NCBI RefSeq assembly: GCF_009834535.1
Contig: NC_045697.1
Span: forward strand, 29,080,001 to 29,144,000
DNA: 64,000 bases
Direction: 5' to 3'
From: Camelus ferus
Taxonomy: Eukaryota
Shown: positions 39,683 through 53,220 of the stretch, piece by piece
Numbering within the stretch: position 1 is the stretch's first letter
Layout: each line of letters opens with the position of its first letter
The notes under the pieces: model-generated
The model's input: the letters and a program-made list of their open reading frames with translations, nothing else
Database searches by the model: none
What the model was told of the DNA's origin: nothing
Program-made: the position numbers and the translations under genes

Positions 39683-40489
39683 CTTATAATAAAAACACAA
39701 AAGGTGATGAGCCGCCAATAGTGACAGTACAGAAGGCAGAGCTTAACTCAAGGTTCTTGGCACTTAGGTGTTTGCCCCAGGTCTGAGTTGCAGGTGGCTA
39801 CATCTCTGCTCTTCAGCCAGCTGAGAAGATGCTCAGACATTCTGTTCCAGCTAGATGCATCCTAAGACATCTGATTAATGCAAGAGATGAACTTGAAAGG
39901 TGAGTTCCTAGAACTGCGACTGCAACTTCAATAAATAAAAATGTTCACAGACTGTACAAAAAGTTAGATGGGGAAGGGGAACTGCTAGCTCACCTTCCTC
40001 ATTCTATGCATGAGAAAGCAGGCCTGGGGAGGTTAAAGGGACTACTGAAGTTACAGAGCCAGCTAATTGCAGAGCAGGACCCAGAACCTAAGTATTTTGT
40101 TTCCTAGAGTAATGCCTGGTTTCATTATAGGCTAGCTAGTGATTAAAATCAACAACAAAACAAAAAACAAAAAACCCCAACAACACTGCGCCCCCTTCTC
40201 CTCAACATTCTAAAGATTTAATTTTACAAGTAGGTTTCAACCTAAGAAACCAGAGACCTAGGGACTAGCCGCAAATTGGGTAGGCCCTGTTAAGGCAGAA
40301 CGCCAAGAGCTGGCGTGCCCCCATGATTATACCACTACCCCATTCATACGAATGATCTGCATTTCTCTCAGCGCTAATGAAGTGAATGCCTTAAGTGCCA
40401 GCAAAGAACAGAACCCAGAACTGGACACCCAGACAAGGGTGGGCAGGGTGTCGCCTCCACCAGGCCAGTAAATGACAGCCACAACAGCC

Positions 40490-41760
40490 CCAACGCCGCC
40501 TGCCTGGTGGACGCAGCTCCCTCGGCCCACCCGGGCGAAGAGCCCCCACTAACCTTTCACGAAGTAGTCCCTGTTGGGCCCGATGAGCGTGTTGTAGGGG
40601 TAGCCGTAATAGGCCAGCGTGTAGGGGTCACAGGAGTACACGTAGCTAGGCTGCGGTACCACCGCCGCCTCCGCCGCGCCGCCGCCCTTGGCCGCCTTCT
40701 GGTAGCGGGAGTACTGTTCCTTGTCCACGGGCTTGGCCAGCGTCACCTCGAGGCACGAGCCCTCCAGCTCGGTGCCGTTGAGGTTGTTCATGGCGTGCAC
40801 AGCGTCCTCGCGGCTGGCGAAGTGCACGAAGGCGTAGTCGCGGATCTTCTTGACGCGCTCCACGCAGCCCGGGTTGAACTGGCCGAAGCTCTTTTTGATG
40901 GTGTCCTCGGTGGTCTCGATCATGAGGTTGCGCACGTAGAGGATCTTCACGGTCTCCATCACGTCCTCGTCCACGTCGATCTCGGGCTCGGCCCAGTCCA
41001 CGGCGATCTGGTGGCCCCACAGCTGGATGCGGCCGGGCATGAGCTTGCGGCGCGCCATGGCGGCGGCGCGGTGGCTCTCGTACTCCACGAAGGCGAAGCC
41101 GCGGTTCTTCATCTTGTCGGCCGCGCTGGCGTAGACGATCACGTCGAGCACGCCCTCCGTGACCTTGGCGATCTCCTCCAGGATCTCCTCACGCTTCTTC
41201 ATCTTGGGGATGCCGCCGATGAAGAGGCGGCAGTTGTCGACGCTGCAGCAGACGCCGAGCAGGCGGCCGGGGCGGATCTCGTAGTTGTTGAGCTCGCGCA
41301 CGGCGCGCTTGGCCTCGTTCTTGTGGCAGTACATGACGAAGGCGTAGCCGCGGTTCTTGCCGTCGAAGTCCATCATGAGGCGCAGCTCGTAGATGCGGCC
41401 CACCGCCTCGAACACAGGCACCAGCTCGTCCTCGTACACGTCGCGCGGGATCTTGCCCACGAAGACCTCGCAGCCGCGCTGCGGGTGCGGGCCCTCCCAG
41501 CCGGGCGGCGGGCCGCCGTACTTGCGCTGCCCGTTCTCCTGCACCATGCTGTAGCCCGTGCGCTCCATGAGCGCCAGCAGCGCCGCCTCGTTGGGCGCGC
41601 CCGCCACGCCCTCGGGCACCTTGGCCGAGGACGCGGCGGCGGAGTCGCTGCTCATGGCTGCGGTGGAATCCTCTGCGGTCATAATGTCAAAGGCATCCAC
41701 GGCTGGAGGGAACCTGGGGGAGGCAGGAGGGAGAGGATGAGTGTGGCATCTGCGCCGAGC
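40490..41760. promoter_or_regulatory. Intragenic CpG-island-like segment covering the large coding exon
   Basis: Very high GC content and CpG density (cgcgcg, gcggcg) against CpG-depleted flanks; judged by eye. Confidence 0.75.
40554..41682 (-). CDS. RBM47: RBM47 first coding exon (1129 nt coding; three RRM domains); the exon begins at 41713 with 31 nt of 5'UTR
   Basis: Translates [16 protein letters not shown]...[11 protein letters not shown]...RGYAFV...RLFIGGIPK...RGFAFVEY...ILYVRNL...DYAFVHF...YFVK, with RNP1/RNP2 motifs of the A1CF/RBM46/RBM47 family and the RBM47 N-terminus. Acceptor cctcccccag|GTT at 41714/41713; donor AAAG|gttagt at 40554/40553 (phase 1). Confidence 0.98.
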
Positions 41761-43474
41761 TGAGCCAGAACTTGACTCCTTTTTCCTTCCTTCCTTTCTT
41801 TCTTCCCCCAAGGCATACAAGACTCACGCTGAACTGTCAGGTGGTTAAATGAGGAGGAAGATGAAGACCGCTCTGGATATGCAGCGTTAAAACAGTCTAA
41901 ATTAAGCAAGTTGTTTTGCAGGAAAAACCAGAAGTGACTTGGGAGAAAAAAAAAATCAGAATAAGCAAGTACTTCCGCTTAATCAGTATCCCAACAGCTT
42001 TGAAACATAGAGAACCAGCTGTAATTGTCAGTGAAAACCTCATGTTCTTCCAGCAGTTGGCAACATCTTTTGCTTAATTCCTGCACTGTCAACTCAGATT
42101 GATTTCCTTTTAAATTATAGCATTTTGCCCCATTTATTTCTTTGGCAGACAAAGCCTATTTGTTTGCTTTCTTTTTTAAGACAGTCTTTTTCATTTAGGA
42201 ATGGAAATAGGGCAATGTATTTACATTGTTAAGTAAAAAACTGAGGTGTTATTACAGAAGATACAGAGCTGTGTGCCGAGGCTTTTTACAAGAGATGAAA
42301 CATCTACATTACCAAAGACTTGTCCTAGGAACTGTGCTAAGAGCTGGTAAGTGTGATTTTTATGGTGTCATTCAGCATAATTCTTGGTATGAATCATTCA
42401 TGGATGTGGAATCAGTGCACAAAGAGCTAGATTAAGATCAAACTGGGGGATTTATGAAGCAGCAACTACCTGGTAAAGCACAGTATGGTTTTCAGAAAAC
42501 TGTTACATGCATTATCTTACTTGATCTTCTTAATCTCCTTTCATGGTAAGTGACATTATCATTAGTCCCAATTTGTCTATGAGGAGATAGACTCAGGTTG
42601 AGTAAATCGTCCATTTCTCACACCAAGTACTGGCTCGTATCAGGACTTGATTCCACGTCATCTGGCTCCAAATTTTGTGTTCTTTCTTCCAAACCAGTGC
42701 TGTGCAGTAGAACTTTCAGTGATGATGGTAAAGCTGTTACTAGCCACTCGTGGCTACTGAATACTTGAAATGTGACTATTGCAGAAATTTTCACTTTATT
42801 TTAAAATTAAATAGCTACACACAACAGTGCAATTCTGAACCGTGCCACCTTCACTCATACAGCATGGGGCTGAGTGGAAATGATTTTAAATTATACAATA
42901 AGATTATCACTAAGAACTTGGTATCATGCTTTTGTAAAGAACAGCTCTGATTGGCTTTTTAAAACATGAAGTTTATTTCATTTTTTTTGGACTTTAAAAG
43001 TATTCAAGTAAATTTTATGGAAAATTAAGAAAAATAAGAAAAGGAGTTATTTTTAACTCTCCTACCCAGTGACAGCCACATTTAAACTTTTCCATCTTTC
43101 TTTTAATAGTTCAGGCAGGCGGTGGGGTGGGGAAGCTGGGCTTCCAATAAATTTACATCCTGCTCCTTAATTCATTTTATAAACATTTTCCCCATGTTCT
43201 TAACACTGTAAAACCTTAATTTATAGTAGCCGCATAAGGTTTTATCATTCAACTTTTTTCATTTTTTTAATCACTTATCTTTAATAATTCTATACAAGGA
43301 TATTAAGAGAAATGTCAAGGACAATTAAGGTAAGTTTTATCACCAAAAAAAAAAAAAAAAAAAAAACCAAACAAAAACCCTAAAAAAGAAATTATAGGGA
43401 CACAACAGAAATCTGAGATGTTACTTTGCCCACTGGTAATACTTCTTTGGTTCATTTGCTGTAACATCAAAGGG

Positions 43475-43720
43475 CAGTACAGCTTAATGGTAAGTGAGTG
43501 GCCACTGGAGCCAGAATGCATGGTTATGTGTGAATCCTACATCTAACACTTCCTGGTTGTATGACCTGGAGCAGGGATACTTAGCTGCCCCATGCCTCAG
43601 TTTCCCTATCTATAAAACCGGAATGATCATTAGGTAATAACTTTGTTTAGAAGAGTGAGTTAATACAAAGCACTCTGAACAGTGCCTAGAACATGGTAAA
43701 TGCTCAAGAAATGCCAGTTA
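43475..43720 (+). mobile_element. MIR SINE, near full length (one of many MIR fragments, e.g. ~2370-2560, 9320-9530, 23720-23900, 62390-62550)
   Basis: ctggagccaga...tgtatgacctgg...tgcctcagtttccctatctataaaa...cagtgcctagaacatggtaaatgctcaa. Confidence 0.75.
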
Positions 43721-44829
43721 TTCTTATCTTTCATCCTAACTTCTGGTAAAACTTCAGACCAGTTCTTTCCATTTTCAAGTAATTTTGACACTTTCTCAGT
43801 TCTTTAAAAACATCTGTTTGATATGGCTTCTATTCTTATTTTTAATTTTCTTTGCTCTTCAACTGCTTGAAAGCTGGTTTGACAACATATCCAGTCATCA
43901 TGAAGTCTTTTTTCTGGTATAAATTTGAAAATAATACATTAATTCCTGTAGTTTCATGTTGAAGCAGAAATTTCAATATCAGATTTGAACATGAAGAGCT
44001 TTCCCTCCTTCCAAAAGGAAGATAAGGGTATATTCTTAAGAAGATTATTTGTACAAATAACATATGCATTTATAATCTGTGACCTGGAAAGGACATGCCA
44101 GGTACATATATAAACGCGTATGAGGCAGTTCAAGATCTTACGTGTTGTATGACATTACGTAGTGACTAAAGTCCAAAGGAATAGACGTTATTGCTCTGCT
44201 GAGATATGTGGAATTGACTTTTTATTTTCCTAATTGTACTTTGAAACTACCATTTAACACACAAAAAAAAGCTTTATAATGATCAGGCTAGGGGAGTCAT
44301 TCCCAATTCCAATATCATTAAGTTTACCAAAAATTGTTTGCTTTCAGCCTGCAATCTGCTGGTGTAACATAATCATCTGTTTAAAAATAGTTATAGCTCA
44401 TTTCTTACATCTGTGAACCAAGAAAAGCGTTGTTCCTGAGCTTTCATCATCTAGAATAAATGAATCATGTTACTGGCCCTCTTTCCCTTCTTTCTTTGGC
44501 CACTAGGAGGTTCAGGATTGAATTTATTGCTTTAATTTTTGTAATTATATAGGACATTACAACACTCTCGGGTTCATCCAATTTTGGCTATGGATTCATT
44601 TTTTTAGTCTTCTATATCCACAATGCAATGAATTTAGCTACTTAAATATTATTTATCTTATTGTTTTCATATCCTTAGAAGCCATCTCACATAATTTTGG
44701 AGCTAGGAGAGGAATAAATGTACATATATGTAAAAAATATGTATATAACTTGCACGAGATGAGACACAGATTAATGTAGTGTCTAAATGAACTATTTTTT
44801 ACACTAACTACAAACACTGACATAAAAAA

Positions 44830-45545
44830 AGTGAGACCCACAATGAGATACCACTTTACATCCATTAGCATTCTGTTTTAACCAACCAACCAACCAAATA
44901 AACAAACAAACAAAAAAAACCCAAAACAAGTGTTGGCAAGAATGTGGAAAAACTGGAAACCTTGCACATTATTGGCAGGAATGTAAAATGGTGCAGCTAC
45001 TGTGGAAAACTGTATAGTGATTCCTCAAAAACTTAACAACTATCATATGATCCACCAATTCCACTACTAGGTACATTCCCAAAAGAATTGAAAACAACGA
45101 ATCAAACATACTTGTATACCAGTGATCATAACATTATTATTCATAGTAGCCAAAAGGTAGAAACAACCCAAAAGCCCATTGACACATGAGTGGACAAACA
45201 GAATGTGGCATGTGTACTCAATGGAACATTATTCAACCTTAAAAAGAAAAGAAATTCTGACCCATGCTGCAGCATGAATGAACCATGAAGGCATCCTAAG
45301 AGAAATAAGCCAGACACAAAAGGAGAAATATTTTAAATAGTCAAATTCATAGAGATAAAAAGTAGAATGGTGGCTGCCAGGAGTTGGGGGGAGGGAGAAT
45401 GGGGAATTAAGTGTTTTATGGAGTTTCAGTGAGGGATGATGAGAAAGTTCTGAAGATGGATGGTAGTAATGGTTGCACACTGGTATGAATGTACTTTGAA
45501 CTGTACACTTAAAACTGGAGTAATCTTGTTATGTATATTTTAACA
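44830..45545 (+). mobile_element. L1MB-like 3' fragment
   Basis: cacaatgagataccacttt...aatgtaaaatggtgcagctactgtggaaaac...agtagaatggtggctgccagg. Confidence 0.88.
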
Positions 45546-45909
45546 TATACACACACACAACATACAAAAAAGAGAGGATGAGAAGGCTCAGAGATGCAAA
45601 AAGAATAAAAATAAGATTCCATAAAATTAAGATTTCATTTGAGGCCATTAAAAAATGGTACATTGTGTCAGTTTAACACATTCAAGAAAATCTTATGATC
45701 TACAAACTCCTTTCTCTTTATGTCTAAGATAACAGTTAAATAAATTTCATGGTGTGCTGTTTAATGAGTTTTCAAGGCCAAAGGCTTAGATATGTAAAAG
45801 ATATATGGTGTGCTTAATGTCTTAAAAAAGGGAACTATGCAGCATTAGCTGCATGACCCTCTTTCAGAGATGGAACAGAAGATTTATTACAGTTAGACAT
45901 GCTTTAGAC

Positions 45910-46124
45910 CAGGGCTTGGCAAACTATGCCATGAGCCAAATGTAGCCTGTTATTTGTTTTTGTAAATAAAGTTTTATTGGAACACAGCCATATTCTTTTT
46001 GTTTTTTAAGATGGCTCCTTTTGCACTGCAATGGCAGAGTTGACTAGTTCAGACAGAGTGTATGGCCCATAAAGGCTAAAATACTTACTATCTGGCCAGG
46101 TATAGAAAAGTGTGCTGACCTCTG
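45910..46124. mobile_element. MER58-like hAT-Charlie MITE
   Basis: cagggcttggcaaacta...gtaaataaagttttattggaacacagcca...aaaatacttactatctggcc...tgctgacctctg. Confidence 0.82.
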
Positions 46125-49104
46125 CTCCAGGAGATGTGCAGAGCACGTCAGTGAGACTAAATAACAGAGATTCCTATTGCTAAGTATTACAGTCACTTTT
46201 CCCTCTGTATCCTGTGCTGAGCAGTGACTTAATTTCAGGACCAATTTAAAAATTCTAACATATATTAAAGAGTCTTCTTGAGCTGCCTTCCCCCCTCCCT
46301 TATTCTAAGCTGTTTTCCACTTAACTATGTGGTCAAATTTATGAGACCTACAAGAAGATCTGGTGAAGGTTGTTGGCTCAGCTCTAATACTTATATGTGA
46401 ACAATAATTTCTTAAGATTTTAAAAAGAGACAGAAGCATTTGTGCTCATTTATTCATTCATTCTGCAAATATTTACTGAGCACCTACTATGTGCCAGATA
46501 CCAGTGGACCTCGTCCTCACAGAGCTTTCTTGAACCCTGACAGTGTGGCTTAGAGTTTGTACCACAGCTGCCCCTAAGCGATTCTTACCAGAGGGCTGAA
46601 ATAATCCATGTAAAGCTCCTAGTGCAGGACCCAGCACCAAGTGCTCAAGAAACTTGAAAAAGAAAAAGATATATGAATTTGAGGCAAGAATCTTGCCCCT
46701 ATGTAGGATTCTTGTGTTTACAAGGAAACAAGCAAGAGGTTACCCCAGCCAACTTTAAACTGGTCAGAATGAGCAGTCCAGCCTGTGTGTTCTGGTGTAG
46801 ACTGGCGTATCAGAGTCTCCCAGATTCCGTTCATAGCAGGTAAGCTGTCTGGCAGGGTGATTCTCCACTGGTGATACAGCTCAGGCATCCAAGTGTAAAC
46901 CTATTTCTCACCTAACCCTTGGCTAAAGCAGTTTGCAGAGGCTCTTCCAGGAAGAACCTGAAGAGACTTGCTGCACTGGATTCAAGAAGTCCAGTCATCT
47001 ACCTGGATGCCAGTTCCCCTGGGGCAGGACCCTCCCAACACGGAGCCATTCTTGCGCACGCTAAAAACGCATTAGTCTTCACTGAAGGCTGCTAGCATTA
47101 AACAAACATAGCAATCTATTCGAAACAAATCATTTATTCACTCTTTGGCATATAAAACAGAGGAAAATACTTTCAAGTCAAGCTATTATTATTCTGAACT
47201 ATTAGCTAGAATTTTTGTTGTCTTTGTTTTAGGTCGAGTTTGAGCTTGTTGGGGTAAAATAATATTTCAGGGTTAACTCAGACTTAGAACAGAAATCCTC
47301 AAGGATTTGAATCCTCTTCTTAGTACTGGCTCAGAGTACCTTTCAGTAGGATTTTAACTTTGAACTGGGCAATTTTAGAGGGCAAGGGATAAGTCTGTAC
47401 TGGGAAATATTTACAATGTGTACCAACCAGTCTTTACCTAGGATCAAAAACAGACATGAGTTTACTCTAGAATTATGCAGACCAACAGTTAACTTTGGTT
47501 CACAGCTCTGGGTGCGTGTGTGCGTGCGTGCGTGCGTGTGTGAGATTAATGTGCAATTTGGAATTCTTCGGAGAGTTTTATTTGCTGACCAACAGACACA
47601 TTGCAGTTTGAAGATAATATGCAGTGTCAAGCAGTGTCTTCCAGCACTAGCTGGAATTTAATTCAGTTGGAAGGTTTTAGAATGTATTTATCCAAGAGGT
47701 AATTCTGTCTCTGTGTACAGTTAGATTTCTACTTCTGTGTCCTTTATGTATACCATAAAATGTTTGTCTTTACTAACAGTCACTTCTTAGTCACAACCTA
47801 GCATACAGAATGTACAGGTACATAAAATACTTCCCATATTGGTTAAAAGCGAAGACTTTGGAGTTCAGATCAAGACTTACTAGGTGTGTCATATGAGGCT
47901 CCAGGTCCACATCTCTAAGATGGTTTTAGTAATAAAACCACCCATTTCAGAGGACTGGTTCCAGGATTAAATGGCATTTAATGCTACACGTCAGGGGGGA
48001 AAGAATCAAAGATCAGCTTCTGCAAAACGTTTCCAAGGTTTGGCCTCACCCAGAGCGGTTATCTTACTGCCCTGCGCCAAGTTACCACCGCCCACTAGAG
48101 TAAACAGCAGAGAGAACACTGCCCCCACCGGCAGGCTCTGGGATGGGGACATTTCTGTTACCTCGGGCTGTGAACATGTTGAAAGGAGTTCTAACAAAAT
48201 GGAGGCAGAAGACCTGGAATTTACCTGTGGGCCCAAACAATAAGCTGAAGACCGGAACTGCGCTCTTTTTCTTTCTATCTCAGCCGACAACCTTCAGCTA
48301 TTTGCAGGCATGGTGTCTGGGACACACAAAAATCCTCCCATGACTCCCTTCCATTTAGGGGGAATCCTGAAAAGCTCAGGAGGCACTAGAATAATGACAT
48401 CCTAGGCCACATCTTCTGTCAGTTCCTGGCTAATCTGAGAAGAGTTCATTCTTAATGACACTTCAAGAGTCAGATTTTGTTATAGCAAAGGACATCATTC
48501 AGTGAATGACTGTTTGATAAACATATGCAAAGCCATGAGGCTCACTTTTCTCAGGCATTTCTATCAACACATCCCTGAAAATGAGGCATTTGGCTGTGGG
48601 TTCCCAGGGCCCTGGCTGTGCACCAGGAGAAGGTAAAATCACCTGCCCAAAAGGAGCGGCACAGGGGAGTTTTCAGTGGGGGTTTGGCAGTACACAAATA
48701 CCACTGGGAATCTGTTATCTGGTTCCCTTTAAATAAGCATTACACACATATTTTTTCTCAACAGGTTGATGGGGTAGTGCTGAAAAAAATGAACCCCACA
48801 AATTTGGCCACCTCTGCCTCCTGGATTAAGGTTTTCCCAAACTGTGAACTAGCAGAAGGATGGCATCTCGTTTCACCCCTTGTCTGGGCTCCTGTGACCT
48901 ACACCTTCCAGGGATCTGGTGAGGATGAAAGGCTGACTGGCAGACCGATGCCAGGGAGGAGAAAGAGAAGGAGAAACAGCGATGACTTGTATCATAATAG
49001 CAGCTTGAATTTATGCAGTGTTTTGCAATTTATAAAATTCTTTCACATACAGAATCTAATTTCCTAAAATCTCAGAATTTGAGCTGCAAAGGAACCTCAG
49101 GTGT

Positions 49105-49306
49105 CAAACTTTCTCAACTTCGTTCCCTGCTGACATTTTGGGGGTAGTAATTCTTTGCTGAGGGGAGGGGGCCCTGTCCTGTGCACCATGGGATGTTTCA
49201 GATCATCCTGGCTCTCTACTGATTAGATGCCCACCCCCACTTCCAACATATGACAACCAAAAAGTCCTCCCAGGGGAAAAATTTGCTCCCTGCTCTGAAT
49301 TACTGA
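49105..49306. mobile_element. MER20-like hAT-Charlie MITE
   Basis: ttctcaac...tgacattttggg...taattctttg...ctgtcctgtgca...tgacaaccaaaa. Confidence 0.75.
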
Positions 49307-50854
49307 TCGAGTCTGACTACCTTAGAGTTATACATAGATCATATACTTGCACATGGGAGGTACTAATTAAGTAATAAGAGAAGTTGTTACACTCTCCACC
49401 CCCAGCATGGGCTTGGTTTCTTGATCTGGCTCTTGCTGTCAAATGCTGAGAAATGTGCAAGATTTTTCAAAGGTCCAAGGTAGTATTTCTTTGATGCCAA
49501 ACTACTCATTTAACTTGGTTGAAAACCCATCGATTTAATTTTTCAAAGTAAACAACCACCACCATAAAGCCCTATAAGACTAATTCTACTGTCAAATTCA
49601 TTTGTCATCCAGCAAACCAACAGGCCTGGGTCACACAAACACCGCTTTTGAAATCAGGCTAAAGATCTGCCAAGCTATAGAAGTGCCTCATTTAGATTCA
49701 GACCCCTCTGCTTCATGGACATGTGAAAACTGCTGACAATCTGCTTTTTGTCACTGGTTCTTTAATAATGTAGAAAATTTTACTCAAGATTCAGTTTTTC
49801 TTTTTAAAGACATACTATGAACGATCACTGAAAATGTGCTCCCGGCACACAGTCAATTCACTGATGCTAAAATCACTTCTGAACCTCTTAGGCAAAAGGC
49901 AATGATCTGATGAAATGGATGATCAAACAATATTTGTGTATGCATTCATTCATTTATTCACTCATTCATTCAAACACTTGCTGATTGCACTAACTGAACA
50001 CTGCTGTATGCCAGGCCTTGCTAGGTGCTTGGCAATACATTGGTGACTACTGCATAGTCCTTGGGGCTCCTAGTCTGGCAAGGGTGACAGAGAAGGAGGG
50101 AGAGGAGAGAGAGCAGAGCTAACACCATGAGCAAAGATGGGCAGCCACATAAGATTATTTCGCCCTAGGAGGTCATATATGTTCTTTGAACAAACATTTC
50201 ATTGAGTGCCAAAGCTATGACAGTAGCTTAGTAAAATACACAAGCAGCAATTGACCATGAGTCAAAACAGAACCCAAGGAGTGACCCAGCTATAACAGGT
50301 GGACAAGGACTGAAAATCTGCACATGTCTGGTTTAATTATATTTAGAGACAGATGAAAATTCTGGAGGAGTGAAGCTCTTCTTATCCTCCTACACTTAAA
50401 ACTACAAGATCATATAGTGCATCATTGCAAATGTAGTACTTACCCAATGATGTTGTAATGGAATGAATGAACTGAAATCATGAAAATCAAAATCCATTTT
50501 ATTGAGCATCTTTATGAGCCAGACACTGCTGACTGCCATCACTTAGCACAGTGACATGATTTCAGAGGAGGACAGTGTTCCACAGCATGTTTAGTATTTT
50601 GGGAAAAGTGGCTGCAGAGTGTACTTATATGCTAAGAAGAGAGCAGCACTAAAAGAGAAGAGATGACTTAAATGCAATCCTCCATGAAGGGAAGGAGATG
50701 GACGAGAAATAATCTCTCACAAATAGTTTCTGTAATGTATGGTTTAAAAACTCTTGAGTTAATTATAGGTGCCGTTTCTGAGCACCTATTATGTGTATAA
50801 GTCACCTTAAGGATTTGATTTTTCATGACATCTCAGTGAGATGAAATTTAAAAC

Positions 50855-51064
50855 GTGGGCCCTCAAACTCCAGCCAGAGGGACAAATGGAACCCTGTGGC
50901 TGTTCTTATAACGTTGTGTTGGAACACAGCCATGCCCGTTTGTTTACCTGCTGTCCATGGCGTTCATGCGACAGTGGCAGGGCTGAAAATGCTGCAGCAG
51001 GGACAGTACGGTCTACAAAACCTAAAATATTTACTGTCTGACCCTTTATAGCAAAAGACCCCTG
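50855..51064. mobile_element. MER58-like MITE
   Basis: ttggaacacagccatgccc.tttgtttac...cctaaaatatttactgtctgacccttta...gacccctg. Confidence 0.7.
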
Positions 51065-52939
51065 CTCTAGGGTCAGAGTTCCTAGGTTTGAGCCCCAGCT
51101 CTTTAACTGTATAGTTGTATGATGTTGGGTAAGTTATTTAAAGACTTCTTCCTCATCATCCTCATTTGCAGAAAGAGACCAGTGGTGGTGCTAATCACTG
51201 TCTCAATGCATCACTGCGAGGAATACGTGTCCTGCTTGATAACAGAATTTTCTGCTTGAAATTGATTTTCTGCTGATAAAATAATTGTTAAAGCTAAACA
51301 ATCGGAGGGAATTTACTCCTAGATTTTTGTGGACAAACCGGAAGGGAACTTCTATAGCTATCACCTTTCATATTTACATAGGAAAGTGCTTTAAGACACT
51401 GTATATGTGAAATGTGTGGTTATAATGATGCATTTTTAAAGCTAATGATTATGCAAAAAGCAACACTTGATATTTGTTCAATTCTGTAAGTATTGTATTC
51501 TTTTTATTACTACTTAGTATACCTACACTAATGCTTTGTGTCTACCCACTGAATGTAGTAGTAAACATTGTTTGTCAACTATGATGTATTGAAGTTACCA
51601 CCCCAAGTTTAAGAAAGTTACCTGAGAATAATATTCTTAGAAAAAATCTTATGTGCCAGTATTTGAATATACAAACTGGTAGTTTGATGGATGGTTATTT
51701 TTATTATAAAAACATTCTTTAATTTGCAAAGGGATTTATAATAGAGTTACTTTAGATAGGAAGTCCCCTGTGTCATCCAGAGTATGATTCAAGTTGTTGA
51801 AAAATTGATCTCTCTACAAATGTCTTTCCTGTTTATACCTTCCCTACGTATGGAGATATATATATATATATATATATACTTACAATACTATGCCAAAGTA
51901 GCAGGCCTTTTTTCTTGATGGAGAAACTGGATGATCATGTGCTTAAGCTCCAAATCACAATTAGACAGTGATAAAATTGAAATTCTAATCTAATAAAGGA
52001 GACTTCTCTTTGGGGTGATAGCCTCTAGTTTAACTTCTACTGGGCACTAGAGTCTGCTTTATATTCAAGACAAAACAAAGTCTGGACAGTCGAAGTATAG
52101 TCGAGATCCAGATATGAAGAGTAGTAGCTTACAGTCTTTACGATGGTGTGTAAATGCCTTTCTTTTCCCTCAAATTCAAACTATATTTGCAAGTAGTAGC
52201 TATATGGTACTAGTAGGATTTATCATTACTATGCCATGTCTACATCAGTACATGCTTTACAGGATATGTTCTGTTATTTACCTCCTGGTGGTATGTCAAA
52301 TAGTAGTATACAAGAATATCATAGGTCTCTTTGTAAGAAAATGACAAATTGCCTGTTCAGAAACAAAGACTCTGAAATGGAATGACATAGTCAAACATTA
52401 GCTTCAGTTTTAGGTGTGACCTTCTGATTTTGTTTGGTTAACATTAGTCATTTCAGTTCTGGCTATGAAACAATATCTGCTACCACAGAAAAAAACCAGA
52501 TCCTGTTTAATGTTGATGTCCTTGTATTTCATTAAGTATCCCAAAGCAGTAGTTATAATGAAAGAGCATTTGTCCAGAAATACTCTCAACATTGAATAAG
52601 CCATGGGTTACCTTCTTCTACAAATTTTAAGTTGAATGCCAGGTATTTTTGAAGTTAAAAACATTTTCAAAGATTACAACAATGACTATAATAGACTCTC
52701 TGTGAGAAAAAATATAAAAGGAAATAAACCTTCCAGTGGGAAGCAAAGACAATATGCATTCATGCAACTTTAAACTAACCCCAAAATTATATTTTCTTTT
52801 TATTCATTAAATAGTTAAATGTTATTCTCCCTGTATTAGCTTTCTAGCTTTGTTCTTCCTCAGGTTATGTCTGGTTTTTATTATGATGATGAAGAATATA
52901 GGGAGAAACGAAAATGATAGTTTAAAGAGAAGATTCTTC

Positions 52940-53220
52940 CACAGAAAACAAACTATAGTTACCAAAGGGGAAGCAGGGGAGGGATAAATTTGGAATTAAC
53001 AGATACACATTACTATATGTAAAATAGATAAACAAGAAGGACCTACTGTATAGCACAGGGAGCTATATTCAATGTCTTAGAATAAGCTATAATAGAAAAG
53101 AATCTGAAATTATATGTATATGTATATATATAACTGAACTGCTTTGCTGTACACCTGAAACTAACATTGTAAATCAATTACACTTCAATAAAGAAAAAAG
53201 TGAAAAAAAAAAACAAAAAA
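52940..53220 (+). mobile_element. L1 3' end (cetartiodactyl type) with an A tail
   Basis: agaaaacaaactatagttaccaaagggg...ggacctactgtatagcacaggg...ctgtacacctgaaactaac...cttcaataaa. Confidence 0.85.

Noticed and set aside
40507..41763. 418-aa ORF on the + strand, antisense to RBM47
   Set aside because: It mirrors the sense codons in register. The near absence of TTA/CTA/TCA codons in this GC3-rich exon removes antisense stops. It starts at GTG, its limits track the exon, and it has no recognisable domain.
41714..41820. 46-aa N-terminal extension (MYALGEERK...) of the 423-aa ORF
   Set aside because: Most of it lies upstream of a clear splice acceptor at 41714 and is intronic. The family start is MTAED at 41682.
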